NCBI GenBank assembly: GCA_964016885.1
Contig: OZ024757.1
Coordinates: forward strand, 26,040,001 to 26,104,000
Origin: Eledone cirrhosa
Lineage: Eukaryota
Length of the DNA stretch: 64,000 bases
Direction of reading: 5' to 3'
Notes under the pieces: model-generated
What the model was told of the DNA's origin: nothing
Database searches by the model: none
What the model saw: only the letters and a program-made list of their open reading frames with translations
In this document: piece by piece, positions 42,820-54,963 of the stretch
Numbering within the stretch: position 1 is the first letter of the stretch
Layout of the letters: each line of letters opens with the position of its first letter
Program-made: the position numbers and the translations under genes

Positions 42820-43864
42820 CTTTGTACTTGAAAGAGACTAACAATATCATTTTGTATATTTCACAACCAGCAATTTCTAACTGATTACTAAGTTAAGTTA
42901 TAGATTTGACATCATATAATTTATCGTTTCAAGCTTGATGTTCATACATTAAGTGATGTCATAACTTTTACAATATTATGCATAAATTTATCTAAAATTA
43001 TTTCGCTGGAATAGTGCCTAAGGTTTTCATGTTTACATAAAGTACGTTTTTCTTCTATGTATTCAAATTTACTTTGTTTAGTTTAATGAGCTACATCGAA
43101 AGCTACTTGAACCGTCCAAAGGACGGGTAGTTTTAGTATATATATATATATAAATACATACAGATAGATAGATATATCATCATCGTTTAACGTCCACTTT
43201 CCATGCTAGCATGGGTTAGACAGGCTGTCCCATTTGAGGCAAGTTGGGTCAGGTGACCATGCCCTGCTCATATAGAACTGTTTCTGGCTAGATTTCTACA
43301 TATACATACATATATATACATACTTAGTTCAAAATAATTTATTCAAAATGGAAGAATTGTACAGTAGTTTCTAATATATATATATATATATATACACTAT
43401 GTTAAGGTATCAATTACGCTCCTCTCTCTCTCTCTCTATATATATATCTTTTTAAATTATATGTATATATATATCAAACATTAGGTTTCCTGTATGGTCC
43501 CAATGTGTGACATGTTGGGCAAAAGTCATTCTTTTATAGTGCTGGGCCAACTAATGCCTTGTGAGTGAATTTGGTAGACGGAAACTGTAAGGAAGCCCAC
43601 GGTTTCTAGGTATGTGTGTGTATGTATACGCATCTCCACACATCCAAAAACTAATTATGTCAGTGTATCTTTACCAAAACTGAAAAGCATGGGTTGGCAA
43701 CAAGAATCATCATCGTCTTTACATCCACTTTTCAATGTTGGCATGGGTTAGACAGGATTTTCTGAGGCAATGTTTTAAACTAGAAGCCCTTTCAGTTGCC
43801 CCTTACAACATGCAGGTATATGGTGTACCTGTTCTAAGAACTGGGATACACAAGCCAATGTGTT

Positions 43865-43907
<43 letters not shown>

Positions 43908-44189
43908 TGCCTTTTGGCAGTAAAAACAAAATCTGAAATAAAAACAATTAAAAAATAAAGGATATATTTCCAGCTTTGATATGAATTCTTAGACTTGGTA
44001 GATTTGGTTAATCATAAGGTGATTGTGAGTCACAGCTAATTTATGATCAAAGGTATTAATTATTTTCAGGTTGAATCAGGAATCACTTGCTTTAGAAATT
44101 GAGTCCACCTAATAAAGGCAAAAATTTTTTTAATTAAACACTGTGTAGAAAATATATTGTAGCAAGTGTAGTGTGACAGAAATGATTAC

Positions 44190-44362
44190 CCAGTAATACA
44201 GGGCTACAATAGTTCCCTCTTACATAATCTGTACCTAGTAATATAGGGCTACAATAGTTCCCTCTTACATAATCTGTACCTAGTAATACAGGGCTACAAT
44301 AGCTCCCTCTTACATAATCTGTACCTAGTAATACAGGGCTACCATAGCTCTCTCTTACATAA
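44190..44362. repeat. 48 bp minisatellite, ~3.5 copies
   Basis: CCTAGTAATACAGGGCTACAATAG.TCCCTCTTACATAATCTGTA repeated. Confidence 0.9.
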
Positions 44363-44539
44363 CCACGTGTGTAAACCTTATGCATTTCTACAGTATTTTC
44401 ACCAAACTTAAGTACTCCGGATGGTCATGGGCACTTTCATTTTTCCAGATATTGATTATAGGGCCTCCCGGCGGATAACGCCCTTTAACCACTTCCTTGG
44501 AGTCGACTGAAGCACTGCAGTGCAATGCAACAAAATGTT

Positions 44540-44788
44540 ATAACTTCTGGAGTTCGCAACCGATTTTCACAAAACAAGACACATGGGCTACGTTTGTCCT
44601 ACAGATGAATATGAACTCTCAGAATTGGCACATATTGAGTAGGGGACCCCTGGGGGCAGGAACCCCCTTTTGGAAAAAGCCAATGATTTTGTAAAAGTAT
44701 AGTTTTCGAAGCAGCACTGAAGTATTGACATAAATGGTATACATAACTGCTATTTAACACCCGAACAATGCCGGGTACCTCTGCTAGT
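44540..44788 (+). mobile_element. Non-autonomous Helitron-like element, 3' part
   Basis: Subterminal hairpin ACCCG...CGGGT followed by CTAG|T terminus; internal AACCGATTTTCAC motif. 5' boundary uncertain. Confidence 0.5.
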
Positions 44789-44805
44789 ATATATATAAAA
44801 TTCCC

Positions 44806-45130
44806 GAGATCCATGTACAAGTTTCCTCCAGTGGTCTCTGCACTTCATCATCGCCGCCATGTCCTGTGTCTGTCCTTAGGGCATCGACATATGTCAACCT
44901 CAGTCTCTCTCTTCTAGTGTGTCTGTGTAGGGGCTCCCACAGCAGCACTGAGTGCAGTGTCAGCTCTGAATGTCAGTGAGCATGTCCAGCTAACCTCAGT
45001 CTCCTCTGTGTTACTTTCAAGCTGACTTTTGGGAGGCTCCTGTACAGCTCTGAGTTCTTCATCCTCAGTGTATACTGATTAATGTTCAGAGCCATCCTCA
45101 GTATTCTCATGTAGCACCTATCCACCAACT
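44806..45130 (-). mobile_element. RTE LINE 3' fragment, inverted relative to 42093-42345
   Basis: Reverse-complement similarity to 42093-42335 (GCATGTCCAGCTAACCTCAGTCTCCTCTGTG). Confidence 0.8.
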
Positions 45131-45199
45131 AAATGAGTTGCTTGGTCAGTGTCGTTTTGATTTTAATTGCCTCGAGAATCTAACCTTATTATGTAAGAA

Positions 45200-45274
45200 G
45201 CTGTCTGATGAGATCATGGCACTGGTTAGGCGGAATCGTGTGTCCACTGTCATCATTGAAATATGTATCACAGC
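45200..45274 (+). ncRNA. Type I hammerhead ribozyme with intact catalytic core (probable Penelope-like pLTR)
   Basis: Stem I GCTGT/ACAGC; core CTGATGA; stem II GATCATGGCACTGG/CCACTGTCATCATT; GAAA; short stem III ATA-TG-TAT; cleavage triplet AUC; AATAAA 6 nt downstream. Confidence 0.7.
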
Positions 45275-46114
45275 CTTATCAATAAAGGACTGTAACACCC
45301 GAAACTACTTTTCATTATCTTATTTTATATATATATAGTGTTGGTGATTTACATGAAGAAAGCACCAAGTACACCCTACAAAAGACAGTCTCAGAAGAAC
45401 CCGTTAGCTGTGTCAAAGACATATAAGAACCAACCTAGAGCTAGTGTCATCATAAAATGCCCTTGGGAACGTATGAAAGAAGAAGAGTGATATTGGCCCC
45501 TGGCTCATACGAGAGTTTAGGGAAGATGGCTGTTAAATGATGATGATTATGTAAAGAATTCAACAAGATGAAAGGAGAAAACAATGAAATGTTTATTATT
45601 CTCAGATTCACACTAGTTTAGAAATACTGAATAAAAGGATGTATATTTTGGAAATGACAAAAAAATGAGACCATTTCGAAATGAGTTATGATGAAAATTT
45701 GTTTTTATCATAAAAAAGAGAAAAAAAAAACCGAAAAATAATGGATTTTATTTTAGGGTGAAAAGAGTGAGGGGGGGGGCAATGGATGGAACAGGAGATG
45801 GGTACAGAACGGTATAAAATTTTTGTTTAGGAAAAATAAAAATATTTTGAGCCGTATACAAGCATACAAGAAGAATAAAAAGTTAGAAAACTTTTTTTAG
45901 CTAAAGCACATTATACAAAAAAAAAAAAAAAATATATATATATATTCTTAGTCTTAACTGTTGTGGGTGGATTGTGTAATTGTGGGACAGTGAGACAGTA
46001 ACAACTGTTGTGAGGTGGATTGTTAAAGTGGGACAATGAGACAATGTAACATTTCAATAATGAATAAAAAAAAATCTCCACATCTCTGCAGAAACTTCTA
46101 GCATTACATGTTGA

Positions 46115-46145
<31 letters not shown>

Positions 46146-46572
46146 TAAATTTGCTCCGTCTCAATCAGAGAAAACATTGTTTTAATATATAAATGTATAT
46201 ATTATAAATAAACATATATATAATATATTATATACATATATATTAATAAATATATAATATATTATATATATATTAAAACAATGTCGTCTGTGATCGAGAG
46301 GAAGCAAATTTATATATAAATATATATATATAAAACAATGTCAACATCGTCATCAGTTAACATCTGCTTTCCCTGAAATAAACCATCAGAGGGTTAAGTT
46401 GATTGAAATAGGTAGTAAATGTAGAAAATCTCAAACTCTGAAAATAGCTGTAAACACAGTCAGTCGATTGCTACATAAATAACAGCTTAGAAAATAAAAT
46501 ACACCTATAGATGGTAAAACGTAGTAAGGGGTCGTTTAGCTACATCGTACAGATTGCTCAACCAGAATATGA

Positions 46573-46715
46573 GAGGTACAGAGTGCTCAGCCAGAGTTTT
46601 AAAGGTACAGAGTGCTCAGCCAGAGTTTTAAAGGTACAGAGTGCTCAGCCAGAGTTTTAAAGGTACAGAGTGCTCAGCCAGAGTTTTAAAGGTACAGAGT
46701 GCTTAGCCAGAGTTT
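46573..46715. repeat. 29 bp minisatellite, ~5 copies
   Basis: AGGTACAGAGTGCTCAGCCAGAGTTTTAA repeated. Confidence 0.92.
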
Positions 46716-47307
46716 GATCCTCTGTAGTGATTACTGGTAACTTTTTTTCATTTATACAACTGTATTCACAGTTATTTTTTGCATATGAAATTTTCTATAT
46801 TTTCTAATATATACATATATGTATACACATATATAAATATATATATATATATTGCGAGAATTTGCTAGACCCTGATTCATATACATATATGTATACACAC
46901 ATATAAATATATATATATATATTGCAAGAATTTGCTAGACTCCGATTACTTTACCAATCTGTATACTGAGATTCGCAAAAGAAATAACACCAAACAGATC
47001 TCACCAGAAGATGTTTTTGTGTATATGTATACGTGTATGTTGGTCTGTTTTTGTGTATACGTGTATGTTGGTCTGTTTTTGTGTATATGAGTGTTAATTA
47101 TCAAAATGTTTTGATAGCACTTAACTGGGGGGGAGGGGGGTTCTGTTTTGATGGCACTTAACTGTTTTTTATGGGTGTTTTTTCAGATCTTTAAGTTTCC
47201 TTTTGAAAATCCCTGGAACATATATTAAACTCTGTTATTGTCGTTTTGTCTGTTTTTCCACACTGACAGAAAATGTTTAAAAAAGAATTTCTCACACACA
47301 ATGCAAT

Positions 47308-47469
47308 TCAGTTTTTGAATTGCCACAATGAATAACTGCCACAAAAGGCATTCAAGGTCCAGATACCAACCACACCCAGTACGAATGGTGTGTTAGGGAC
47401 TGACCAGTCACCATGTTTGGCAGTGCTGAAGAAGGTCATCAAGAACAGGACAATTAATGCACCATTGAT
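47308..47469 (-). CDS. Multipass membrane protein with tandem TP53I11-like units, last exon
   Basis: Acceptor TTTTCAG|ATC. INGALIVLFLMTFF...FVLGVVGIWTLNAFCGSYSLWQFKN*; 162 nt, phase 0. Confidence 0.82.
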   Translation of the reverse strand: MNGALIVLFLMTFFSTAKHGDWSVPNTPFVLGVVGIWTLNAFCGSYSLWQFKN

Positions 47470-47554
47470 CTGAAAATAGAAGATAAACAATAGAATAATT
47501 AAAAACCCGAAGCCAAGCTATACATTTTTATATAATTTTTACATCATCTTCGAT

Positions 47555-47815
47555 GTAGAGGAAGTGTTTAAAACTAAGAATGTAAATGAAGTGTCTAAAA
47601 AGAGAAACTAAGAATGTAAATGAAGTGTCTAAAAAGAGAAACTAAGAAGGTAAATGAAGTGTCTAAAAAGAGAAACTAAGAAGGTAAATGAAGTGACGAA
47701 AAGAAACTAAGAAGGTAAATGAAGTGACGAAAAGAAACTAAGAAGGTAGATGAAGTGTCTAAAAGAGAAACTAAGAATGTAAATGGAGTGTCTAAAAACA
47801 AGAATGTAAATAAAG
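47555..47815. repeat. ~31 bp minisatellite
   Basis: AAACTAAGAA(T/G)GTAAATGAAGTGTCTAAAAAGAG repeated. Confidence 0.9.
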
Positions 47816-48124
47816 TTGGTATCAAACTTTTTAGGGCAATGTTTTATAACCAGATGTCCTTGACTCGACTCTTTTTAGTTGATTCTTACAACCGGCAGGG
47901 ATTCAGTGCAACTATCTTAAACAGGACCCACATGGCAATATAGACATATGTGTGTGTGTATATATATGTGATTTGTGTGTGAAATTACACACAATAAATA
48001 TTTGATCTTTATTATAATAATAATAAATGTGTGTGTGCATGTATGAGTATGTAGGTGTAATGATATGTCTTTTGTGTGAATGTGTACATAAACCATCATT
48101 ACACTAACATGCATTATTAAGGCT

Positions 48125-48385
48125 CATACTGGACCAGCTGTTGGTGGGGCTGTGAATTAGGGTTAAGACCTATACTGGACCAGATGTTGGTAGGGCTGTG
48201 AATTAGGGTTAAGACCTATAACTGGATCAGATTTTGGTGGGGCTGTGAATTAGGGTTAAGACCTATACTGGACCAGATGTTGGTAGGGCTGTGAATTAGG
48301 GTTAAGACCTATTACTGGATCAGATTTTGGTGGGGCTGTGAATTAGGGTTAAAACCAATACTGGAACAGATTTTGGTAGGGTTGT
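48125..48385. repeat. ~44 bp minisatellite, ~6 copies
   Basis: ACTGGACCAGATGTTGGTAGGGCTGTGAATTAGGGTTAAGACCTAT repeated. Confidence 0.9.
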
Positions 48386-48705
48386 GGGTAGAAGTAGGGA
48401 GTACATCTTCCATGCTGGTAGGGGATAGTCAATGAAGATGAATTGAGGAACTGCGTAGAATCAGGGAGTACATTTTTCTCCTTTGCATGTTGACATGGAG
48501 TTGAGCAAGGGAAAGCGAATTAAAGATGTGGGAAGGTAGGGGAAGTGATTTAAAGATGTGGGAATGTAGGGGAAGTGATTTAAAGATGTGGGGAGATAGG
48601 GGAAGTGAATTAAAGATGTGGGAAGGTAGGTGCAACAACAACATAAACTAATGAAACTGTGAATGATGAAGTGTCTGTAAAGATTGTTAAGTTAGGTTTA
48701 CCTAC

Positions 48706-48852
48706 CAGGACTCTTGTATACAGCTGGATACGTTTGTCTGAGGCTATGAGAAAGTTTGAGGCACGTCCTGAGATAATGGCTGAACTCATCAGAGCTGAAC
48801 CAAACAGACGATACAGATGAGCGTGGACGACGTTTAATCTCGGCAAAGAAGT
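48706..48852 (-). CDS. Same gene, internal exon
   Basis: CCACAG|ACT...CTG|GTAGGT, 147 nt. TSLPRLNVVHAHLYRLFGSALMSSAIISG...YTRVL; RLFGSALMS recalls TP53I11 RLYGGALLS. Confidence 0.85.
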
Positions 48853-48938
48853 CTGTGGAAGGAAGAAGGGAGAGTGAAACACAGAGACATTTAACCCCAG
48901 TATATTCCAATAAGATCAAAACAACTATCAGTGCTGCG

Positions 48939-49354
48939 TTAACCCTTTAGCATTTACATTACTCTATATATACTATTGCATTTTTGTGGTAAAGGCTTTA
49001 CCTCATAATTATCTCACATGATATCGAATCTATAAGATTTTGATGTTATTTATTTTAAGAACAATACCGTAACATCAGTATAAGCAGCTGGTTACAGCCA
49101 GTTTGAACAGAAAGAGGTGAGAGAATTCTGGCCGGATATGGCCGGTTTAAGGGCTAAATTGGTTGTAGCCAACCAGAATTCTCTCACAACTTTCTGTTCA
49201 AACCAGCTGTAACTGGCTGCTCATACTGATCTTAAGGTATTGTTCTCAAAATAAATAATATCAAAATCTCATAGATTCGATATTATGTGAGATAAAGCCT
49301 TTACCGTGAAAATACAATAGTATATATAGAGTAATGTAAATGGTAAAGGGTTAA
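48939..49354. mobile_element. Palindromic dimer of piggyBac-like MITE
   Basis: TTAA-CCCTTTA...TAAAGGG-TTAA. Two ~200 bp copies fused tail-to-tail. Confidence 0.78.
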
Positions 49355-49702
49355 ATAATCTAAGCTATTACTATTTTGTTTGTATGATCCCGTAACTCCT
49401 GATGGAGTTGTAGGGTCACTATAATGATATATATATATGTGTTTTGGGCATCTTTTTTAAAACCTAGTAGACCCCATTACATCTCCAGGGCTGAACACAG
49501 TTGATTTCTCCCAAAGATAGAGAGTGCCCTACCATCATACAGGATGGACAGCGATCATTTTATCATGTCACCAGCACTTCCACCTTACAATGTGGCCTGG
49601 TCAATTTTTACTGTGATGTCAGCACTATCGCCTGATTGGGGGGACTGTTTTTTGGTGATTTTTTTATAACTCCAGCACTAATATCTCAATTTTTTTTTGT
49701 AC

Positions 49703-49897
49703 CTGGACTCTTAATACCCAAATAGGGTAGGCATAAAACATGATTCCAAAAATCAGTGTGATGACAAAATCGTTGTGTAGAAAGGTATTCAATTTGGTGT
49801 TGGTCTCCATATAGCCACCCCACGCTGAACTGCGAAGACAGTAGATTAGGTTACCCAGGGTCCATAGTAATGTTAACAACATACTGATATATAAGTG
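49703..49897 (-). CDS. Same gene, internal exon
   Basis: TTTGCAG|CAC...CAG|GTACAA, 195 nt. HLYISMLLTLLWTLGNLIYC...DFVITLIFGIMFYAYPIWVLRVQ (two hydrophobic helices). Confidence 0.85.
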
Positions 49898-50486
49898 CTG
49901 CAAAGAGAAAAAAACATATATATATATATAAATTAAAAATAGGAAGTGCAAAGGATAAAGACAATGGAAAAAACAAACAATGGAAAGACGGACCGTCCTA
50001 TCTCTTCAGTCAAGCTCTGGAAATCACTACAGTTTTGGTTTATTTAAGATCGATACTGTTCATTCCAGTGCACATTGAGACATAACAAAATAGACAGACA
50101 AGTTATGGCTTTAGGCAAATTACACAAATATAGAGTGTGTAAGGACTTAAGTAAAGGAGAGAAATAGTAAAACAATATGCAGACAAAGAAGATGTAGAGA
50201 AAACAAAGAAGGGAAAACAGGCAGGGTGGTGTGATGTATAATATATATGTGCTGATATTATTAAGTTATACATGGCCTGGAGCATTACTGGTGGCTGAAA
50301 CCTATCAAAGTTTCATATACACACACATACATACATATATATATATATATATGTAGATAAATCTACCAAAAGTATACGGTAGTGTCCAATCCGTATGAAG
50401 AACTCAATGTAATCCGGATATCATGGAAAGAAGAGATGCATTCAAAAATCACTTTCGGTGAAAGATAAACGGAATACAGAGTCAAG

Positions 50487-50920
50487 ATAAAATATTAAAA
50501 AAATAATGAATAAAACAAAGAAACAGTTCCTTATATTAAACAAAAAAAGTTCATTATTTAACGATCGTTTCTAGGACATATATGTGTTAGAATTGGCATG
50601 CATATTCAAAAGATCTATGTACAAAATTATACAAACTATCAAGGAGAATATACATACCATCACATATATTTGCTGTCTTCAGAAGACAGCATATATACAT
50701 AATATACATACCATCACATATATTTGCTGTCTTCTGAAGACAGCAAATATATGTGATGGTATGTATATTCTCCTTGATAGTTTGTATAATTTTGTACATA
50801 GATCTGTTGAGTATGCATGCCAATTCTAACACATATATGTCCTAGAAACGATCGTTAAATAATGAACTTTTTTTGTTTAATATAAGGAACTGTTTCTTTG
50901 TTTTATTCATTATTTTTTTA

Positions 50921-50929
<9 letters not shown>
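50487..50929. repeat. ~440 bp near-perfect palindrome (probable Penelope-like inverted pLTR)
   Basis: ~200 bp arms that are reverse complements; centre carries a duplicated segment and two TGCTGTCTTC.GAAGACAGCA hairpins. Confidence 0.9.
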
Positions 50930-50953
<24 letters not shown>

Positions 50954-51056
50954 CATCATCGTTTAACGTGTATCTTCCACGCTAGCATTCGTTAGATGGG
51001 AATTGTCCCACTTGAGGCAAGATTGATCGGGTGACTGTATCTCACTCGTATAGGAC

Positions 51057-51107
<51 letters not shown>

Positions 51108-51469
51108 ACACACTATATAGATGATAATGTAGTGCAGTTAATATGAAGCATTGTGAGATATGTAATAAATAACTGACAAGTTTCAAAAAGCTGGTACAAG
51201 GCGGTAGAAACATATAAAGGACAAAGGATGACAAATAAAAGAAAAGAAAACAAAGTAATGTTTTACCCAATGTATTCCAACATGATATTTCACATTTGAA
51301 AAGAGGGTCATAACCCTGAAATATCATGTTGAAATATACTGGGTAAAACATTACTTTGTTTTGATTCTTTTATTTGTCATCCTTTACCCTTTATATATTT
51401 CTACAATGTTGTACTGGCTTTTGAAACTGAGACAGGGAGAGAAAGATATTGAGAGATGTATAGGCAACA

Positions 51470-51850
51470 AAATATGGAGGGGAGGAGGAGAGAGATGGTG
51501 ACAGAGATAAAATCAGGGAGGGGGATAATGGTAAGGTGATAAGACACCCAAGACAAAAGAGAGATAATATTGGGGGTAATAGTGAGGAAGAGAGAGACAA
51601 AATTGGAGTGTGGAGGGTAATAGTGAGGAAGAGAGAGATAAAATTGGAGTGTGGAGGGTAATAGTGAGGGAGGGAGAGATAAATTTGGAGTGTGGAGGGT
51701 AATAGTGAGGGAGGGAGAGATAAAATTGGAGTGTGGAGGGTAATAGTGAGGGAGGGAGAGATAAAATTGGAGTGTGGAGGGTAATAGTGAGGGAGGGAGA
51801 GATAAAATCAGGGGTGGGTAGTGATGGGGAAGTGATAAGACATCCAAGAC
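51470..51850. repeat. 41 bp purine-rich minisatellite
   Basis: GGAGGGTAATAGTGAGGGAGGGAGAGATAAAATTGGAGTGT repeated. Confidence 0.9.
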
Positions 51851-51866
51851 AAAAATCTGAACCTAC

Positions 51867-51935
51867 CTCTTGAGTCATCCGACTGGCTTTGTTGAACTGA
51901 GCAAAACCTTGAGCAAGTAAAGCAGCTGCCCCACC
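51867..51935 (-). CDS. Same gene, internal exon
   Basis: TTCTTTAG|GGT...GAG|GTAGGT, 69 nt. GGAAALLAQGFAQFNKASRMTQE. Too short to appear alone in the ORF track. Confidence 0.72.
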
Positions 51936-52314
51936 CTAAAGAAAATGGAAAAAAAAAAAGGAGACTTGAAATTGGTTTTGTCTGAGAGCAAAGTTAGATT
52001 TTCATTGCTCCATGTTACATGGTCAACATATTGATCTTTGCCCACTTATTCCTGAGAGGGTTGTGGGATACCAAAGTCCTCAAAACTCCCTCCTGTGGGT
52101 CCTGTCAGAAGTAACTATCTTCACCTGATCCTGATTAACTTCTTTTCCCATAATTATTGTTGCTATAGCAACCACTATAACCATTGATATCAGAACACAA
52201 CTGCCATCATCATCATCATCATCATCATCATCAGTATAATCATCTTCACTAACACCACCATAACCATTCTTTCTACCATCACAACCAATGGCAATTGACA
52301 TCATTACTGTTCAT

Positions 52315-52745
52315 AACACCAACAACACTAACACCAATACCACACTCATCACTCCAACAACACTAACACCAATACCACACTCATCACTCCAACAACACTA
52401 ACACCAATACCACACTCATCACTCCAACAACACTAACACCAATACCACACTCATCACTCCAACAACACTAACACCAATACCACACTCATCACTCCAACAA
52501 CACCAACATCACTACCAACAACACTAACACCAATACCACACTCATCACTCCAACAACACTAACACCTATATCACACTCATCACTCCAACAACACCAACAT
52601 CACTACCAACAACACTAACACCATCACCACTACTATTAACACTACCAACAAGAACACCAGCAATATACCACCACCAACAACAACACCATCACCACTACTA
52701 TCAACATTACCACCAACAACAACACTATCACCACTACTATCAACA
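52315..52745. repeat. 39 bp minisatellite grading into (ACC/AAC)n
   Basis: CAACAACACTAACACCAATACCACACTCATCACTC repeated. Confidence 0.9.
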
Positions 52746-53450
52746 TGTAGCAACTAGCGCCACCTTGCCCGGGGAGAAAAAACTAATTGGAGTTACTTCC
52801 CGTTGAATTCTAGAGGATTCCTTGAACTTCCGGTCTAGGGATTATAAAGGAGGGAGAAAAGAGACATCTTGGCTTATTTGGCAACCGGCTCTCGAACAGT
52901 TCACTCATGAGCGAGTTTGTTAACCTTATTATATCTGTATCAAATTAAATTAGTGGTTGGCCTGCAGTGGTGTTTACCAAAGTAAAACCCTGTGACTAAT
53001 TCACTACAGTGGTGACCCCTATTTTGTGAAATATCACGACTCTTGGATGCTCATCACATTCATACGACCAGCTATCACCCAGCCTCTAACAGAATGGTGG
53101 AGAGATTTCACAGACAGTTAAAAGCTGCACTCCGCGCTACTCCTGATCCGCAACGTTGGACCAAATTTTTGCCAATTGTGCTTCTTGGTTGTCGTTCTGC
53201 CATTAAGACAGATTTAGGTTTCTCTTCTGCTGAACTTCTTTATGGTACCACATTGACTCTTCCTGGTCAAATGTTAGCACCGGTGGATTCATCGCATCTT
53301 GACCCAGCATCATATGTCACCAGGATTCGTTCGTATTTCTCGGATCTTCCACCAATGAACCCTCGTGACCAGTCTATTTCTTCTGCTGTCCCATCGGACA
53401 TCTCTACGTGGACACATTTTTATTCGGAATGATTCCGTCAAGGGTCACCA
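52746..53450 (+). mobile_element. Internally deleted Ty3/Gypsy LTR retrotransposon: 5' LTR, PBS and integrase fragment
   Basis: LTR 52746-53008 with TGTAG...CTACA ends and TATAAA. PBS TGGTGACCCC (tRNA-Trp type) at 53010. Then TTSYHPASNRMVERFHRQLKAAL...SSAELLYG integrase C-terminal half. Confidence 0.9.
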
Positions 53451-53525
53451 CTTTAGTGAATTAGTTACAGGGTTATTTACTTTGGTAAACGCCACTGCGG
53501 TGTGGTAAATTGCACTCAGTATGTA

Positions 53526-53556
<31 letters not shown>

Positions 53557-54641
53557 GTGTATATGTGTATATGTGTATGTATCTGTATATGTATATGTAT
53601 ATATGGGGGTATAGATGTGTATGTGTGGATATAGATATGTATATATATGATTATATGCATGCGTATGGATGTGTATTTAGATTTGCATCTATTTGCACGT
53701 ATGTATATTTTGGTTAGATATCAATATAACTGTACCTCTCTCTATATGTGGTGTGAATATATGCACTTTGTAGACTATGAAATTTATCTGTTTTAACTAT
53801 GCCAAGATGTACTTATCTGAGTTTGATTGTTTATGCATAAACATACTTAGTAATATTTTAGAGCGTATAATATGTTATATTATACTGAGTGCAATTTACC
53901 ACACCGTACTATATTCTTTATCGCATTACTATATCACATTATCTTATTATAATTTTCATCTTTTAATATACTATCTTTCCTAGCCATAACATTAATTTAT
54001 ATTCACCCTAAAACTCAATACAACACTAATCACCATTTATTTTGACATTCCTTTTAAATTCACTATACAAGATACATTCAACTATCAGTTTGACAATCCC
54101 CTTCTTTCCTAATAGATTTTTATGCCATTTCTACTAACACCTTTCAACCATTCCTTTCAAAGGGTCATGACCTCAACTAAAGTGTATTACTTTTCATCTT
54201 AACACCATATGAAAAAAACAATTTGTTCGTTAGTTCTTCAACTACACACATGATACTAATTCTGAGTAAAATTATTATTGCTTTTGAAAACAGCCGGTGA
54301 TATGCATGTAAGTAAATAGTCTCTCTATCTGATAGTTTGTAAACTTACATAGATCAATAACTGAGTATAGATACAATGTATTATCACCATCTAGAAACGA
54401 TCGTAAAGCAGTGAAGTATATCTCTAATGACTTGATTTTTTATTTCATTGTTTTAACTTATATAATGTTTTAACTTATATAATGTTTTAACTTATATAAT
54501 GTTTTAACTTATATAATGACTCTGTTTTCCTTTTAATGTTTTATTGTTTTCTGAGATTTATCTTAACCTACAACATTTTCAACATATGGATTACATTGAG
54601 TTCTTCATACAGAATAGACCCCACAACTTACAGTGGATACC

Positions 54642-54718
<77 letters not shown>

Positions 54719-54775
54719 TTAATATAGATTCCTATCCTATTGAAATATGTATAACAATAGACTACACATACACAG

Positions 54776-54802
54776 ATGGTGGTGGTGGTAGTAGTAGTAG
54801 TG

Positions 54803-54851
<49 letters not shown>

Positions 54852-54925
54852 TAGTAGTAGTAGTGGTGGTGGTTGTAGTAGTGGTAGTAGTGGTGGTGGT
54901 TGTAGTAGTAGTAGTGGTGGTGGTT

Positions 54926-54963
<38 letters not shown>

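Noticed and set aside
48125-48385. Telomeric TTAGGG
   Set aside because: One hexamer per 44 bp unit; not a telomeric array.
50584-50832. Mirror-image 81 aa ORFs on both strands
   Set aside because: Consequence of the palindrome.
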